From positions 3,200,001 to 3,264,000 of the forward strand of contig CAWKDB010000010.1 of assembly GCA_963848295.1 (NCBI GenBank): a DNA stretch of 64,000 nucleotides, in the 5' to 3' direction. A program made the position numbers and the translations under genes. This document shows, piece after piece, positions 1 through 12,760 of this stretch. Source of the stretch: an uncultured delta proteobacterium. GTDB taxonomy: Bacteria; Myxococcota_A; Polyangia; Haliangiales; Haliangiaceae. Below the pieces are notes generated by a model, which was given only the letters and a program-made list of their open reading frames with translations, had not been told where the DNA came from and ran no database searches. Every line of letters starts with the position of its first letter. Positions within the stretch are counted from its first letter, which is position 1.

Positions 1-463
1 GCTTGATGATCACGTTCGCGGTCTCGGCCGCCATCGCGGCTTCCTTGACGTCCTCGGCGATGAGCTCGGCGAGCTTCGCGTAGATGTGCGGCTGCGCGGC
101 GACGAGCGGCTGCGCGACGCGTTCGTGCACCGGCTTGTCCGCGAGCCCCGCGACTTGGCCGAGCGCCTCGGTGACGATCTTGTCGGCGTCGTTGAGGTTC
201 GCCTGGGTCAACCGCGGCAGCGTGCCTTCGTTCGCGCGATCGAACATCGACCACACGAGCGTCGCGTAGAACACCGCGGCCTCGCCGACCGCGTCCCCGT
301 GCTCGGCGCGCACCGATGCGGCGTGCTGCAACAAGAACGGCTGCTCTTTCTGCAGGCGCTGCGCGAGCTTGTTCATCGCCTTCTTGTCGCCGCGCTTGTC
401 GAGGCGGGTGAACGCGGCGATCGTGTTTTCGACGGCTTCTGCGGTGACGATGGGCGCGGTCAT
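1..463 (-). CDS. Hypothetical helical protein, 3' end runs off the window
   Basis: Read manually: ATG at 463, MTAPIVTAEAVENTIAAFTRLDKRGDKKAMNKLAQRLQKEQPFLLQ..., open to position 1 with GC3-rich codons. Confidence 0.7.
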   Translation of the reverse strand, partial: MTAPIVTAEAVENTIAAFTRLDKRGDKKAMNKLAQRLQKEQPFLLQHAASVRAEHGDAVGEAAVFYATLVWSMFDRANEGTLPRLTQANLNDADKIVTEALGQVAGLADKPVHERVAQPLVAAQPHIYAKLAELIAEDVKEAAMAAETANVIIK

Positions 464-491
464 GCGGCCTGAAGATACCGAAAACTCCGCG

Positions 492-1829
492 CTAAGGCGC
501 GAGCTGATCGAGGCAACCGCCGGCGATCGGACACTTGCGCGGGAACAAGCCGACGTCGACGAGGGCCAGCGTCGCGCCGACGTAGTCCGGCTTGAGGTGC
601 CCCATCACGCGATCGGTGCCGGCCGGGAAATTGACGAGCAGCGACGGCAGCGGCGGCTTGCCCTGTGCCGGCGTCGCGGAGAACACCACCTCGAGATCGA
701 GGTTCGTCGCCGAAGCCTCGCGCTTGAACGTGACGACCAGGCCGGGATGTTGCGCCGGCCTCTGGTCGGCCGGCATGGCAGCGAGCGGGTCGATGACGTT
801 GACCGTGACGCAGCCGGGCTTCGCGCAGCCGGACAGCGTCGTCGATTCCCACCGCGAAATCCGCGCATCGATCGCGGCCGCGGCGGCGGCGGCATCGGCC
901 GGCGGCTTGCGCGCGGCGATGTACACCGTGCGGGTGTTCCAGTTCGCCCACACGTCGAACGGGCGAAAGAAGCTCAGGCCGAGCGCGCCATCGAGGTCTT
1001 CTTCTTCCCACCGCTTGTCGTCGTACGGAATGATCGGGACGTCGTGAACCGAGATGTTACCGACCGTGACCACGCCGACCGCCGCCTCCGACACGATGCG
1101 AGAGCTGCCAGCTTCGTCGACGACACCAAAGGGCTGGGTCTGATGCGGCGCGAGCTGCGCCTTGTCCCACAAGCTCTGGCGGAGCTGACTCGCGACCGCG
1201 CCGAGATCCAGGTGCATCGCGAACGACTTCGCGCCCACCGTCGCCGAGATCAGCTTGCGCCCGAGCGGCACGACGTCGGCGTTCGGGACCTTGCTGTCGA
1301 CGAGGTCGTAGCGCATCGCGGAGAAGCCCTCCGGCGGCTTCCACGTCGAGGTCGTGACGAGGTAGCCCATGCCGGCGTCGCGATCGAAGCCGAACACGAG
1401 CGAGTCGGCGAGCACGTCCTTGCCGATCACGCCGCGCACCTGCCGGCCGTCGATGTCGTAGGTGCCGGGCTTCACGACCATCGCCGAGAGCTTCTCGACA
1501 ACGAGCGTGCCGACGTGAAGACCCTGGACCTCTGCGTAGAACCGCACTTGTTGCGTGTCGCTCTCGTCGAGCCGGTGCGGGCCCTTGCCGATCCGCAGCC
1601 CGATCTCGGTCACGAGATCCTGATCGATGATCGACGTGTTCGCGTCCGGATCGATCGCGAAGACGTACGGCCCTTTGCCACCGATCATCACCGGCGCGAG
1701 CAACACGCCGTTCTCGAGCGGGCCGATCAGCGGAAACGCCCAGCGATCGCCCTGCGAGAACCCGGGCGGCGGACCGACCGAGCAAGCCGCGGCGAAGCAC
1801 GCGAGCGCGAAGACGGCGAGTCGAGCCAT
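492..1829 (-). CDS. Lipoprotein with two retropepsin-like (aspartyl-protease-type) domains, paralog 1
   Basis: Lipobox FAAAC; V-x-I-G-G-K-G-P-Y-x-F-A-I-D, GVIGKD and GALGLSFF motifs of the retropepsin-like fold; catalytic motifs read DPD and DLG; start placed at MARLAV. Confidence 0.75.
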   Translation of the reverse strand: MARLAVFALACFAAACSVGPPPGFSQGDRWAFPLIGPLENGVLLAPVMIGGKGPYVFAIDPDANTSIIDQDLVTEIGLRIGKGPHRLDESDTQQVRFYAEVQGLHVGTLVVEKLSAMVVKPGTYDIDGRQVRGVIGKDVLADSLVFGFDRDAGMGYLVTTSTWKPPEGFSAMRYDLVDSKVPNADVVPLGRKLISATVGAKSFAMHLDLGAVASQLRQSLWDKAQLAPHQTQPFGVVDEAGSSRIVSEAAVGVVTVGNISVHDVPIIPYDDKRWEEEDLDGALGLSFFRPFDVWANWNTRTVYIAARKPPADAAAAAAAIDARISRWESTTLSGCAKPGCVTVNVIDPLAAMPADQRPAQHPGLVVTFKREASATNLDLEVVFSATPAQGKPPLPSLLVNFPAGTDRVMGHLKPDYVGATLALVDVGLFPRKCPIAGGCLDQLAP

Positions 1830-1891
1830 CGCGCCGATGGTAACTCGGTCGGCGTAGGAATCCAGCGCGTGCCGCAGCAGTCTGCGAGCGG

Positions 1892-2023
1892 TCAAGGCAA
1901 CGGCGGCTCTTGTGCGATCACGCAGTGCGCCGGGGCGTCGCAACCGAGCGGAAATGGGCTCGCGTCGATCACCTCGAGCTTTGCACGGGCGTAGCGCGCC
2001 TCGGCCGGCGGCCCAGGGCGCAT
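1892..2023 (-). pseudogene. C-terminal remnant of a fourth retropepsin-like paralog
   Basis: Reads ...ARYARAKLEVIDASPFPLGCDAPAHCVIAQEPPLP*, matching the C-termini of paralogs 2 and 3. Confidence 0.75.
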
Positions 2024-2045
2024 AGGCCATCGCGGCGATGGTGGC

Positions 2046-3326
2046 TCAGGGCCGCGGCGGTTGCTCGGAAATCACGCACGGACCTGGCGACTCGCACGCC
2101 ACCGGAAACGGGCTCGCATCGATCACCTCGAGCGTCGCTCCGGTGTAACCCGTATCGATCGGCGCGCTCAGCCCCGGCGCGCCGCTCGGCAGGTTGACGG
2201 TCAGGGTCGGCAGGCGCTCGCCGCTCGGCGAGGTCGCCGCGATCGTGACCTCGAGCGGCAGCCGGATCGCGATCGGATCGCGCACCACCTGCAGCTCGGG
2301 CGCGTTCGGATCGCCACCTAGCGCGACCCTCGCGCAGCCCGCGTCCGGGCAGCGATCGATCACGGCGCCCCAGCGACCGAGCCGCAGCGTGCGCTCCGCC
2401 GGAGAAGCCTCGCGCGGCGTCAGGTAGAGCTTCTCGTGTTGCCAGTCCGCCACGATCGCGAATGGCCGGAAGAAGTCCAGACCGAGCGTGCCCTCGAGCT
2501 CGCCGTTGTCGAGCCAGCGCTTGTCCTCGAACTTGACGAACCCGACGTGGTCGCGCGCGACGCCCTGCGCATCGACGTGAGGCGCGAGCCCGACCGTGTC
2601 GACATCGCGGTGCGCGCCGACCTGATCGATCATCGTGAAGCTCGCCGGTTGCGGCTCGAGCCCTGCCTCCGCCCAGTGCCCCGGGCGCAGCGAGCTCTGG
2701 GTGCGGCCGAGGTCGACCGCGAGGTCGTAGGTCTTGCCGTTGATCGTCGTCTTGACCAGATCGTTGACGACCGAGACCCGCTCGACACCTTTGTGATAAT
2801 CGAGCTCGCGCGCGCCGGTCGGCGCCTTGAACGCCTCTTGCGTCGACAGCCAGGCGATGCCGCGCTCGCGATCGACGCCGAACACGAGTGAATCCGCGAT
2901 CACGTCGCGCCCGATCACGCCGTAGATCCGGCGGCCGTCGGCGTCGAACATGTTGCGGCCCCACGTCACCGCGTAGAGCAGGCTGATCTCGAGATCGCCG
3001 ATCTTGACGTTCGGTAGCGACCTGCCGAACGTCGGGTGGGTCGTGTCGGTCTGATCCTGGACGCGCGCCGCCGGCTTCAACGGAATGCCGGCGCGCGCGA
3101 ACACTTCACCGTCGACGACGCTGACCCGGGTCTCGGGATCGATCGCGAACAGGTACGGTCCCTTGCCATCGACCCACACCGGCGTGACCAGCTTGCCGTC
3201 GGCGAGCGGATCGACGAGCGGGAACGTCCAGGTAGAGCCCTCCGAAAACCCCGGCGGCGAGCCGATCGCACACGCCCCGAGGAGTCCGACGAAACCGAGA
3301 GCAGCGAACGTTTGGAATCGCGTCAT
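2046..3326 (-). CDS. Retropepsin-like lipoprotein, paralog 2
   Basis: Lipobox LLGAC; PPGFSEGSTWTFPLVDPL; FAIDPET and AVDLGR motifs; GTLGLDFF. Confidence 0.8.
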   Translation of the reverse strand: MTRFQTFAALGFVGLLGACAIGSPPGFSEGSTWTFPLVDPLADGKLVTPVWVDGKGPYLFAIDPETRVSVVDGEVFARAGIPLKPAARVQDQTDTTHPTFGRSLPNVKIGDLEISLLYAVTWGRNMFDADGRRIYGVIGRDVIADSLVFGVDRERGIAWLSTQEAFKAPTGARELDYHKGVERVSVVNDLVKTTINGKTYDLAVDLGRTQSSLRPGHWAEAGLEPQPASFTMIDQVGAHRDVDTVGLAPHVDAQGVARDHVGFVKFEDKRWLDNGELEGTLGLDFFRPFAIVADWQHEKLYLTPREASPAERTLRLGRWGAVIDRCPDAGCARVALGGDPNAPELQVVRDPIAIRLPLEVTIAATSPSGERLPTLTVNLPSGAPGLSAPIDTGYTGATLEVIDASPFPVACESPGPCVISEQPPRP

Positions 3327-3448
3327 GGACCAACCCTAGCGACGCGCGCGGTGCTGCCTTATTAAACGGACGTTAGCCGCGCTGGCATCACACTTCGCAA
3401 CGTCAGCGGGCCGAGAGCTGCTCGCCGCAACGGGTGTCGCAGTGCCAG

Positions 3449-4741
3449 TTACTGCCGTAGATCAGAGGCGATCACGCAGTGTGCCGGCGAATCACACTCG
3501 CGCGGAAACGGGCTCTCGTCGATCACGGCGAGTGTTGCTCCGGTGTAACGCGGGTCGAGCGGCGTCGCGAGATCGGCGACGCCGGCAGGCAAGCTGATCG
3601 TCAGCGTCGGCAGCTTGTCGCCGTTCGGCGCGGTCGCCGCGACGACGAGCTCGAGCGGCGCCTGACCCGCGGACGGATCGCGCGTGACTTGCAGTTGCGG
3701 CGCGGCGTCGCCGGTGACTTGCACGGCGACGCAGCCGGTCGCGCTGCACGGCAGCAGCGCGCCCCACCGGGTCATGCGGATCTGCTTGGCCTCGGCGGAG
3801 TCGACGCGCGGCTTCAGGTAGATCTTCTCGTGATCCCAATCGGCGATGAATGCGAACGGCTGGAAGAAGTCCAAACCGAGCGTCCCTTCGAGCTCGCCGT
3901 CGTCCAACCCTCGCCGGTCCTCGTACGACACGAAGCCGAGGTGGTCGCGCTCGATGCCTTGGACCTCGACGTGTCTCGCAATGCCGACATGATCGGTCTC
4001 CCGTGGGGAGCCGAGCTCGTCGACGACGACACCGCGTTTCGCGATCGGGACGAGCGACGCCTCCGCCCAGTGATTCGGACGGAGCTCGCTGTCGACCCGA
4101 CCGAAGTCGAACGCGAGCTGATACGTTTTGGCGTCGACCTTCGTCGAGACCAACTCGTGTACGACCTCGACGCTCGCGGGGTGGCCTCCGAAGCCGATCT
4201 GCATCGGGCCTTTGTGATACTCGAGGACTCGCGCGTCGGTCGGTGCGGTGAAGGCTTGCTGGGTCTTGAGCCAAGCGATGCCGCGATCGCGGTCGACCCC
4301 GAACACGAGCGAGTCGGCGATCACCTCGCGGCCGAGCACACCGTAGATCCGGCGACCATCGGCGTCGAACAAGTGATTGTTCCAGGTGAGCGCGTTGACG
4401 AGCGAGATGCTCGAGTTGCCGATCCGTACGTTGGGCAACGTCATGGCCCACGTCGGATGCGAGTGATCCGACTGGTCGACGAGGCGCGACTGCTGCGGCT
4501 GGGGAGTGATGCCGAGCTGATGGAACACTTCGCTGTCGACGATCGTGACGCGCGTGTCCAGATCGATCGCGAACAGGAACGGGCCCTTGCCGTCGATCAT
4601 CACCGGCGTGACGAGTCGGCCATCGGCGAGCGGATCGACGAGCGGGAACGTCCACGCCGAGCCTTCCGAGAATCCCGGCGGCGCACCGATCGAGCACCCG
4701 CCGTACAGGACCACTAACGCGACCGCACGCCTCACCAACAC
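3449..4741 (-). CDS. Retropepsin-like lipoprotein, paralog 3
   Basis: Lipobox-like YGGC; clearly similar to paralog 2 along its length; FAIDLDT and AFDFGR. Confidence 0.8.
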   Translation of the reverse strand: MLVRRAVALVVLYGGCSIGAPPGFSEGSAWTFPLVDPLADGRLVTPVMIDGKGPFLFAIDLDTRVTIVDSEVFHQLGITPQPQQSRLVDQSDHSHPTWAMTLPNVRIGNSSISLVNALTWNNHLFDADGRRIYGVLGREVIADSLVFGVDRDRGIAWLKTQQAFTAPTDARVLEYHKGPMQIGFGGHPASVEVVHELVSTKVDAKTYQLAFDFGRVDSELRPNHWAEASLVPIAKRGVVVDELGSPRETDHVGIARHVEVQGIERDHLGFVSYEDRRGLDDGELEGTLGLDFFQPFAFIADWDHEKIYLKPRVDSAEAKQIRMTRWGALLPCSATGCVAVQVTGDAAPQLQVTRDPSAGQAPLELVVAATAPNGDKLPTLTISLPAGVADLATPLDPRYTGATLAVIDESPFPRECDSPAHCVIASDLRQ

Positions 4742-4814
4742 GGCTCCACGCTAACGCACCCCGTGCGCGCCCTTCATTAAGGCCTCGTTAGCGCGCGAGA
4801 CGGGTCCGGCGAAG

Positions 4815-7710
<2,896 letters not shown>

Positions 7711-7866
7711 CGCGATTTACCTCTGCGGAGTCGCCGATCGGCGAGTGGCGCGGACCTTACCAGCCTGTCGCGGCGAACCCAAGCGCTTGCTAGCCCTGCC
7801 TCTTGCAGGTTGGTTGTGGTGCAGCGGTCGAGTGATCACGGCTACTTGCTGCGGTACCGTCCGGCC

Positions 7867-8739
7867 GTGCACCGCTCGACTTGGTTGATGGCAATCGCTT
7901 TAGCGTTGGTCGGCTGTCCGGCGCATATGGCGGCGCCGACACCAATGCCGCCTTCAGGTAGCCGGAACCCGGGCGGCGCGAGGGCCGGGCTCGAGGTCGG
8001 TCCGCCACTCGTGACGCCGGGCGAGCGGATGAGCTATCGCCTGCAGCTCCAAGGCGTCGTGCTCGCGACGTACGAGCTCTCGGTGGGTGACTTCGCCGAG
8101 GTCGACGGAAAAAAGGCGATCGTCGTGCAGAGTCACGCGAAGGCGGTCGGGCTCGTCCAGATCGTCGCGAAGATCGATGACTACTTCACGTCGTGGATCG
8201 ACGTCACGACCGGCCGGCCATTGCGTTGGGTCACCGACGAATTCGGCACGAGGAGCTCGGACAAGGAGCGCACCGACGTTCGCTTCACGCAGCGCACTGG
8301 CGACATGTTGCCGGTCGAGTTCCACCTCAACGACGACAAGCCCATGCCCGAGCCGCAGACGCTGAGCATGCCCGACGTGTGGGACTACAACTCGTTCCTG
8401 ATCGCGCTGCGCCGCTGGGAGGGCCCGCCCGGGACCAAGATCACCGCCGAAGTCTTCCGCAGTCGTTACCTGTGGCACGTCGAGATGACGGTGCACGGCA
8501 AAGACCAGCTCCACACCGACCTCGGCGACTTCCCGGCACTGCGGCTCGACGGTCACGTCTACAAGCTCGGTCGCGACGACGCGCGGTTCCCCGATTCCGA
8601 CGAGCGCAACTTCTCGCTGTGGATCAGCGACGACGACGGCCGCGTACCGTTGCTCGTCACCGCGCGCACCGACTACGGCGACATCAAGCTCGAGATCACC
8701 GACTACCAACCCGGGACCGGACAGCGGCTCGGCAACTAA
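7867..8739 (+). CDS. DUF3108-like lipoprotein
   Basis: Lipobox LVGC; PGERMSYRL N-terminal strand and LWISDDDGRVPL...GDIKLEI C-terminal motif. Confidence 0.7.
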   Translation: MHRSTWLMAIALALVGCPAHMAAPTPMPPSGSRNPGGARAGLEVGPPLVTPGERMSYRLQLQGVVLATYELSVGDFAEVDGKKAIVVQSHAKAVGLVQIVAKIDDYFTSWIDVTTGRPLRWVTDEFGTRSSDKERTDVRFTQRTGDMLPVEFHLNDDKPMPEPQTLSMPDVWDYNSFLIALRRWEGPPGTKITAEVFRSRYLWHVEMTVHGKDQLHTDLGDFPALRLDGHVYKLGRDDARFPDSDERNFSLWISDDDGRVPLLVTARTDYGDIKLEITDYQPGTGQRLGN

Positions 8740-8752
8740 CTGGTTGAGGTCG

Positions 8753-9787
8753 TCAGTTGCCGACGGTCGCCCACGCGTCGTCGCCGGTCAACCATTGGGT
8801 GACCCATGCGTCGAGCGTGATGCCACCGGACGGTTGCGCGAGCGTCGCGAGCTGACCGAGCATCGTGTGATTCGTACCGGCGAGCTCGAACGCGTGGGTG
8901 CGCGCGTGATCGAAGTGGCCCGCGATCAGCGCGCTCTGCGCCTCGTCGATCGGCCCGGTGTAGCCGAAGTACGCCGTGATCGTCGCATCGTCGTCCCAGG
9001 TCAATAAGCCGACGCGGCTGTCCGGCTCTGCAGCGACGATGGTGTCGAACGCGGCGGTGAGGTCGCTCGCACAATCGGCGCACCCGGTCGGAAACGCGAG
9101 GTTCCACGCCGACTGCCATGACCCGTAGTTGGCATAGACCGGGATGAACGGCGACGAGTCTTCGAGCAGCGAGAGCTTCGCGGTCGGCCAGGCGTCGGCG
9201 AAGCGCAAGAAGTTCAGCGTCGCGCCGTAGCCGCCCGCGCTCGAGCCCGACACCCAGACGTTCGCGGCGTCGGGGAACGTCGCGTGGAGCGCGTCGACGA
9301 ACAGCTGCGTGTTCGTGCCGCCGGTGTGATGGATCGGCATCTGTCCCGCCACCATGTAGTCCTTCACGTTCGTCCCGGCGTGAAGGTCAGCGGTGCAATA
9401 CGGCACGAACACGAGGTTCGCGTTCGCGAGCGCCGCGTTCCATGAACGGTCGATCTCGAGCACCGCGACGTCGGTTGCGAGGTTCGCCGGGCCGTACGTC
9501 GTCGTCGTGTTGATCGCGGTCTTCAACACGAAGCAGGTGTTCGCGTCCCAGCACGCGCCGCCGCCCTGGAAGTACACGAACAGATCGTTGCCGGACGCCG
9601 CGCGGTTGATGCCAAACCCAGCGGGCGTGCCGTTCGCACAGGTCGAACCCGGGATCTCGACCCACACCCACTGGTTCGGTGTCGTGTCGATCACTCCGCT
9701 GTCGCTCGGCGCACCAGCGTCGGGGCCAGGCCCGCCGTTTGCCGGAGCATGACAAGCTGCAAGCAGCGCGAACGACAACAATCGCAT
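8753..9787 (-). CDS. Pectin-acetylesterase-family alpha/beta hydrolase lipoprotein
   Basis: Lipobox LLAAC; CANGT, YFQGGGACWD, VPYCTADLHAG, GSSAGG nucleophile elbow. Confidence 0.85.
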   Translation of the reverse strand: MRLLSFALLAACHAPANGGPGPDAGAPSDSGVIDTTPNQWVWVEIPGSTCANGTPAGFGINRAASGNDLFVYFQGGGACWDANTCFVLKTAINTTTTYGPANLATDVAVLEIDRSWNAALANANLVFVPYCTADLHAGTNVKDYMVAGQMPIHHTGGTNTQLFVDALHATFPDAANVWVSGSSAGGYGATLNFLRFADAWPTAKLSLLEDSSPFIPVYANYGSWQSAWNLAFPTGCADCASDLTAAFDTIVAAEPDSRVGLLTWDDDATITAYFGYTGPIDEAQSALIAGHFDHARTHAFELAGTNHTMLGQLATLAQPSGGITLDAWVTQWLTGDDAWATVGN

Positions 9788-9823
9788 TGCGCAATTGTAG
9801 TCCGATCTGGCTATCCTCTCCGC

Positions 9824-10423
9824 ATGAGGATCACGACCGCGCTCGTGGCGCTCACCGGATCGGCGTGTACGACGCCGTCGCACGGCCAGGTGATCTCCTC
9901 CGACCTCGCCGGCGGCAGCGGGATGATCGTGATCACGCAGAGCAGCGCCATGCTGCCGCCGTCGGGCTTCCTCTGGGGCGGCGAGTCCCCGGCGATCGGA
10001 CCGGCGGAGGCCGACTTTTATTTCGGCAACGACGAGGTCGATCCGAGCAGCGGCGCGCAGCTCGGCACGTACGCGACGATCGACTGCTATCCACTCGACT
10101 GGACCGCGCTGAGCGCGGGCGGGCCGACTCCGATCGCGTCGCTCGGTTGTCAGCTCGACGTCTCCGTGCTCGGCGGCGACAGCACGGCGACCGACTACGC
10201 CGACGTCGTGACCGCCGGCGCGATCACGGCGACGTCGAGCCTCGACAGCAACGGCAACGGCACCGTGACGCTGCAATTCGACGTCGCGACCCCGGTCGCC
10301 GCTACCGAGGCAGGGACGCAATCGATCATCGATCTGACGGTCGCGCTCGACGGCCTGCGCGGCACCGCGATGTTCGGTGACGTCTCGAGCTCGACCGATC
10401 ACTGCGAGCTGTGCTCGATCTAG
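9824..10423 (+). CDS. Hypothetical lipoprotein
   Basis: Signal MRITTALVALTGSAC; coding-like codon usage. Confidence 0.6.
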   Translation: MRITTALVALTGSACTTPSHGQVISSDLAGGSGMIVITQSSAMLPPSGFLWGGESPAIGPAEADFYFGNDEVDPSSGAQLGTYATIDCYPLDWTALSAGGPTPIASLGCQLDVSVLGGDSTATDYADVVTAGAITATSSLDSNGNGTVTLQFDVATPVAATEAGTQSIIDLTVALDGLRGTAMFGDVSSSTDHCELCSI

Positions 10424-10461
10424 CGAGCGCGTCCGACTAGCGAGCGCGTCCGAAACGACAA

Positions 10462-10487
10462 AGGGACCGACGTTCCCGTCGATCCCT
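10462..10487 (-). terminator. Probable intrinsic terminator of the DsbA-like gene
   Basis: Stem agggaccgacg/cgtcgatccct with a 4-nt loop, followed on the minus strand by ttgtcgttt. Confidence 0.55.
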
Positions 10488-10507
10488 GGGTGCGTTGGCG
10501 AAGCGCT

Positions 10508-11476
10508 TCAGTTCGGCTTCGGGTCCATCTTCGAGCGGAACTGGTGCTCGCCCTTGCCCATGATTTCCTTCTCGTAGTAGTCGGCGCTCGCCACGCCCGA
10601 GGCGTCTACGAGCTTGAGCTTCTCGTCGATCAACTGCCGGAACTGCGACTCCGGCAGTGCGCCACCGACGTGGGTGCCGTTGACATAGAGCGTCGGCGTC
10701 GAGTTGACCTTGAACTTCGCGAGCTCGGCCATGTCGGCGTCGATGACCTTCTTGCACTCGTCCGACTTCATGTCGGCCTTGAACTTGTCCATGTTGAAGC
10801 CCAGGCCGGCCGCGATCGCGAGCACGTTGTCTTCGCCGAGCTTCGTCGGGTCGCGCTTGGCGGCGTACTCGTCGAAGCCCTTGACCCAGAACTCGTTCTT
10901 GAACGCCGAGTACTTGCCTTGCTTTGCGGCCGCGCAGCTCGCGAGGTGCACGGTGGTCGCGACCTGCGGGTGGACGACCATGTTCTTGAACACGATCCGG
11001 ACCTTGCCGTTATACGACTTCACGAGCGACTCGAGCGTGTCGCTGACCTTGCGGCAATACGGGCACGCGAAGTCGAACGCTTCGACGATCGTGACCGGGG
11101 CGTTGGCCGGGCCTTCGGTCTGGCCAGCCTTGATGTCGTCCGCGACGTCGACCGCGAAGATCGCGTCCGGCGCGGGCTCGTCGCGTTCCTGCTGCTCTTG
11201 CTGCTGCTTCTGCTGGTTGTAGACCTTCTCGAGGAAGTCGAGCGCCTCCGCATACTTCTTGTTCGTGGCTTCGAGCTTGGCGACGCGCTCCTCGAGCGTA
11301 CCGGTCGGCGCTTCCGCCATCTGCTGCGTCGGCGACGCGGCCGCCGGGCCAGCGCCAGCGGACGGCGTCGGGACATTCATCCCCTTCGCGGTTGAGAGCT
11401 TGCTGTCGGCGTTTTCGCAACCGGCGAGCAGTGCGGCAGCACACAAGATCGAAACGAACGGCTTCATGGCGCGCAT
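10508..11476 (-). CDS. DsbA/thioredoxin-fold lipoprotein
   Basis: Lipobox LLAGC; GPANAPVTIVEAFDFACPYC; cis-Pro loop VNSTPTLYVNG. Confidence 0.88.
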   Translation of the reverse strand: MRAMKPFVSILCAAALLAGCENADSKLSTAKGMNVPTPSAGAGPAAASPTQQMAEAPTGTLEERVAKLEATNKKYAEALDFLEKVYNQQKQQQEQQERDEPAPDAIFAVDVADDIKAGQTEGPANAPVTIVEAFDFACPYCRKVSDTLESLVKSYNGKVRIVFKNMVVHPQVATTVHLASCAAAKQGKYSAFKNEFWVKGFDEYAAKRDPTKLGEDNVLAIAAGLGFNMDKFKADMKSDECKKVIDADMAELAKFKVNSTPTLYVNGTHVGGALPESQFRQLIDEKLKLVDASGVASADYYEKEIMGKGEHQFRSKMDPKPN

Positions 11477-11533
11477 ATTGCCTCCCTAAACCGAGGGTGA
11501 CAAGGGGGAATTCCCCGTGGCAACCTCGCTCGG

Positions 11534-12760
11534 GTGAGGCGATTCGCGGTCCTAGCGGCGGTCGCCGCGTGCGGAGGTAGCGGCGCGCTGCCGGACAGCG
11601 CGGTCGTCGACGTCCTGCCCGACGCGTTCGTCTGTCAGTCGATCGGCGCGCTCCCCGCGTTTCAACGGCTCGGCGGCAACCCGTCGATGGTCGCCGGCGA
11701 GCACATCTTCACCGACCTCCAGGTCGACACCTCGATCGCGGACCCGAGCTTGTCGTGGAGCGACGCGGCTCAGGTGTTCGACCTCTACTACGCGACGCGC
11801 CACGCGACGACGTACGCAGACGCCGGGGTCCAGGAGATCCGCCACGCTCAGAGCGCCGACCTGTCCGGGTTCTCGCTCGACGACGAGCCCTCGCTGGTCG
11901 CGAATCCCGATCCGGACGCCTGGGACAACATCAACACCGAAACGCCGACCGTCGTCTTCAACCCGACCGCGCCGCCGGCCCAGCGCTACCTGATGATGTA
12001 CTCGGGAGCCAACGGCCCCTTCGCCTACGAGAGCGGGTTTCCGAACTACGCGATCGGCGCCGCGTTCTCCGAGGACGGCAAGCACTTCGCTCGGATCACG
12101 GCCGATCAATCGCCGCACGGCCAGGCCGGCTTGGTGCTCACCGGCCAGGACGCCTATCCAACCGCGATCGGGGCGATCGTCGCCGACCCCGAGCTCGCCC
12201 TCGTCGATGGCACCTATCACCTATTCTTCTCGAGCTACGCGTGCGGCGGCGCGGGCTGTCTGCCAACCGCGTACGGCATCGGCCACGCGACCTCGACGGA
12301 TGGCATCCACTGGACGGTCGCCGAGGCTCCGGTCGCGAGCTTGCTGTTCGATCCGAGCGACCCGGTCTCGGGTGGCGCCCAGCCCTCCGTCATCTACGAC
12401 CCCGTCCACTGCCTGTGGGAGATGTGGATCAGCGATTCGCCGACCGATACCGCGGCCCAGCCGGTGCAATTCAACAACATGGCCGGGCCGTGGCACGCGA
12501 CCTCGACCGACGGCGTGACCTGGACTCCGGACTACGCGGGGATGACTCGCGACCTGATCTGGAGCTCGATCGCACCCGGCGAGGATCGCGGGCTACTCAC
12601 CGGCCCGGACGTCGCGATCGACGGCGACGCGCGCTACATGGCCTACGTCGGGTTCAGCGATCAGGACGTGCCGGCGGATTTCTACCTGCCCGACATGTCG
12701 CCGGCCGGCTTCGAGCCCGCGGTGATGACACTCGACATCGCGACCCGCGGCGCGTTCTAG
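11534..12760 (+). CDS. Five-bladed beta-propeller glycosidase-like lipoprotein (GH32/43/130-type fold)
   Basis: Lipobox VAAC; repeated ADP/ETP/AQP blade starts and ATSTDGIHW / ATSTDGVTW motifs. Confidence 0.65.
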   Translation: MRRFAVLAAVAACGGSGALPDSAVVDVLPDAFVCQSIGALPAFQRLGGNPSMVAGEHIFTDLQVDTSIADPSLSWSDAAQVFDLYYATRHATTYADAGVQEIRHAQSADLSGFSLDDEPSLVANPDPDAWDNINTETPTVVFNPTAPPAQRYLMMYSGANGPFAYESGFPNYAIGAAFSEDGKHFARITADQSPHGQAGLVLTGQDAYPTAIGAIVADPELALVDGTYHLFFSSYACGGAGCLPTAYGIGHATSTDGIHWTVAEAPVASLLFDPSDPVSGGAQPSVIYDPVHCLWEMWISDSPTDTAAQPVQFNNMAGPWHATSTDGVTWTPDYAGMTRDLIWSSIAPGEDRGLLTGPDVAIDGDARYMAYVGFSDQDVPADFYLPDMSPAGFEPAVMTLDIATRGAF

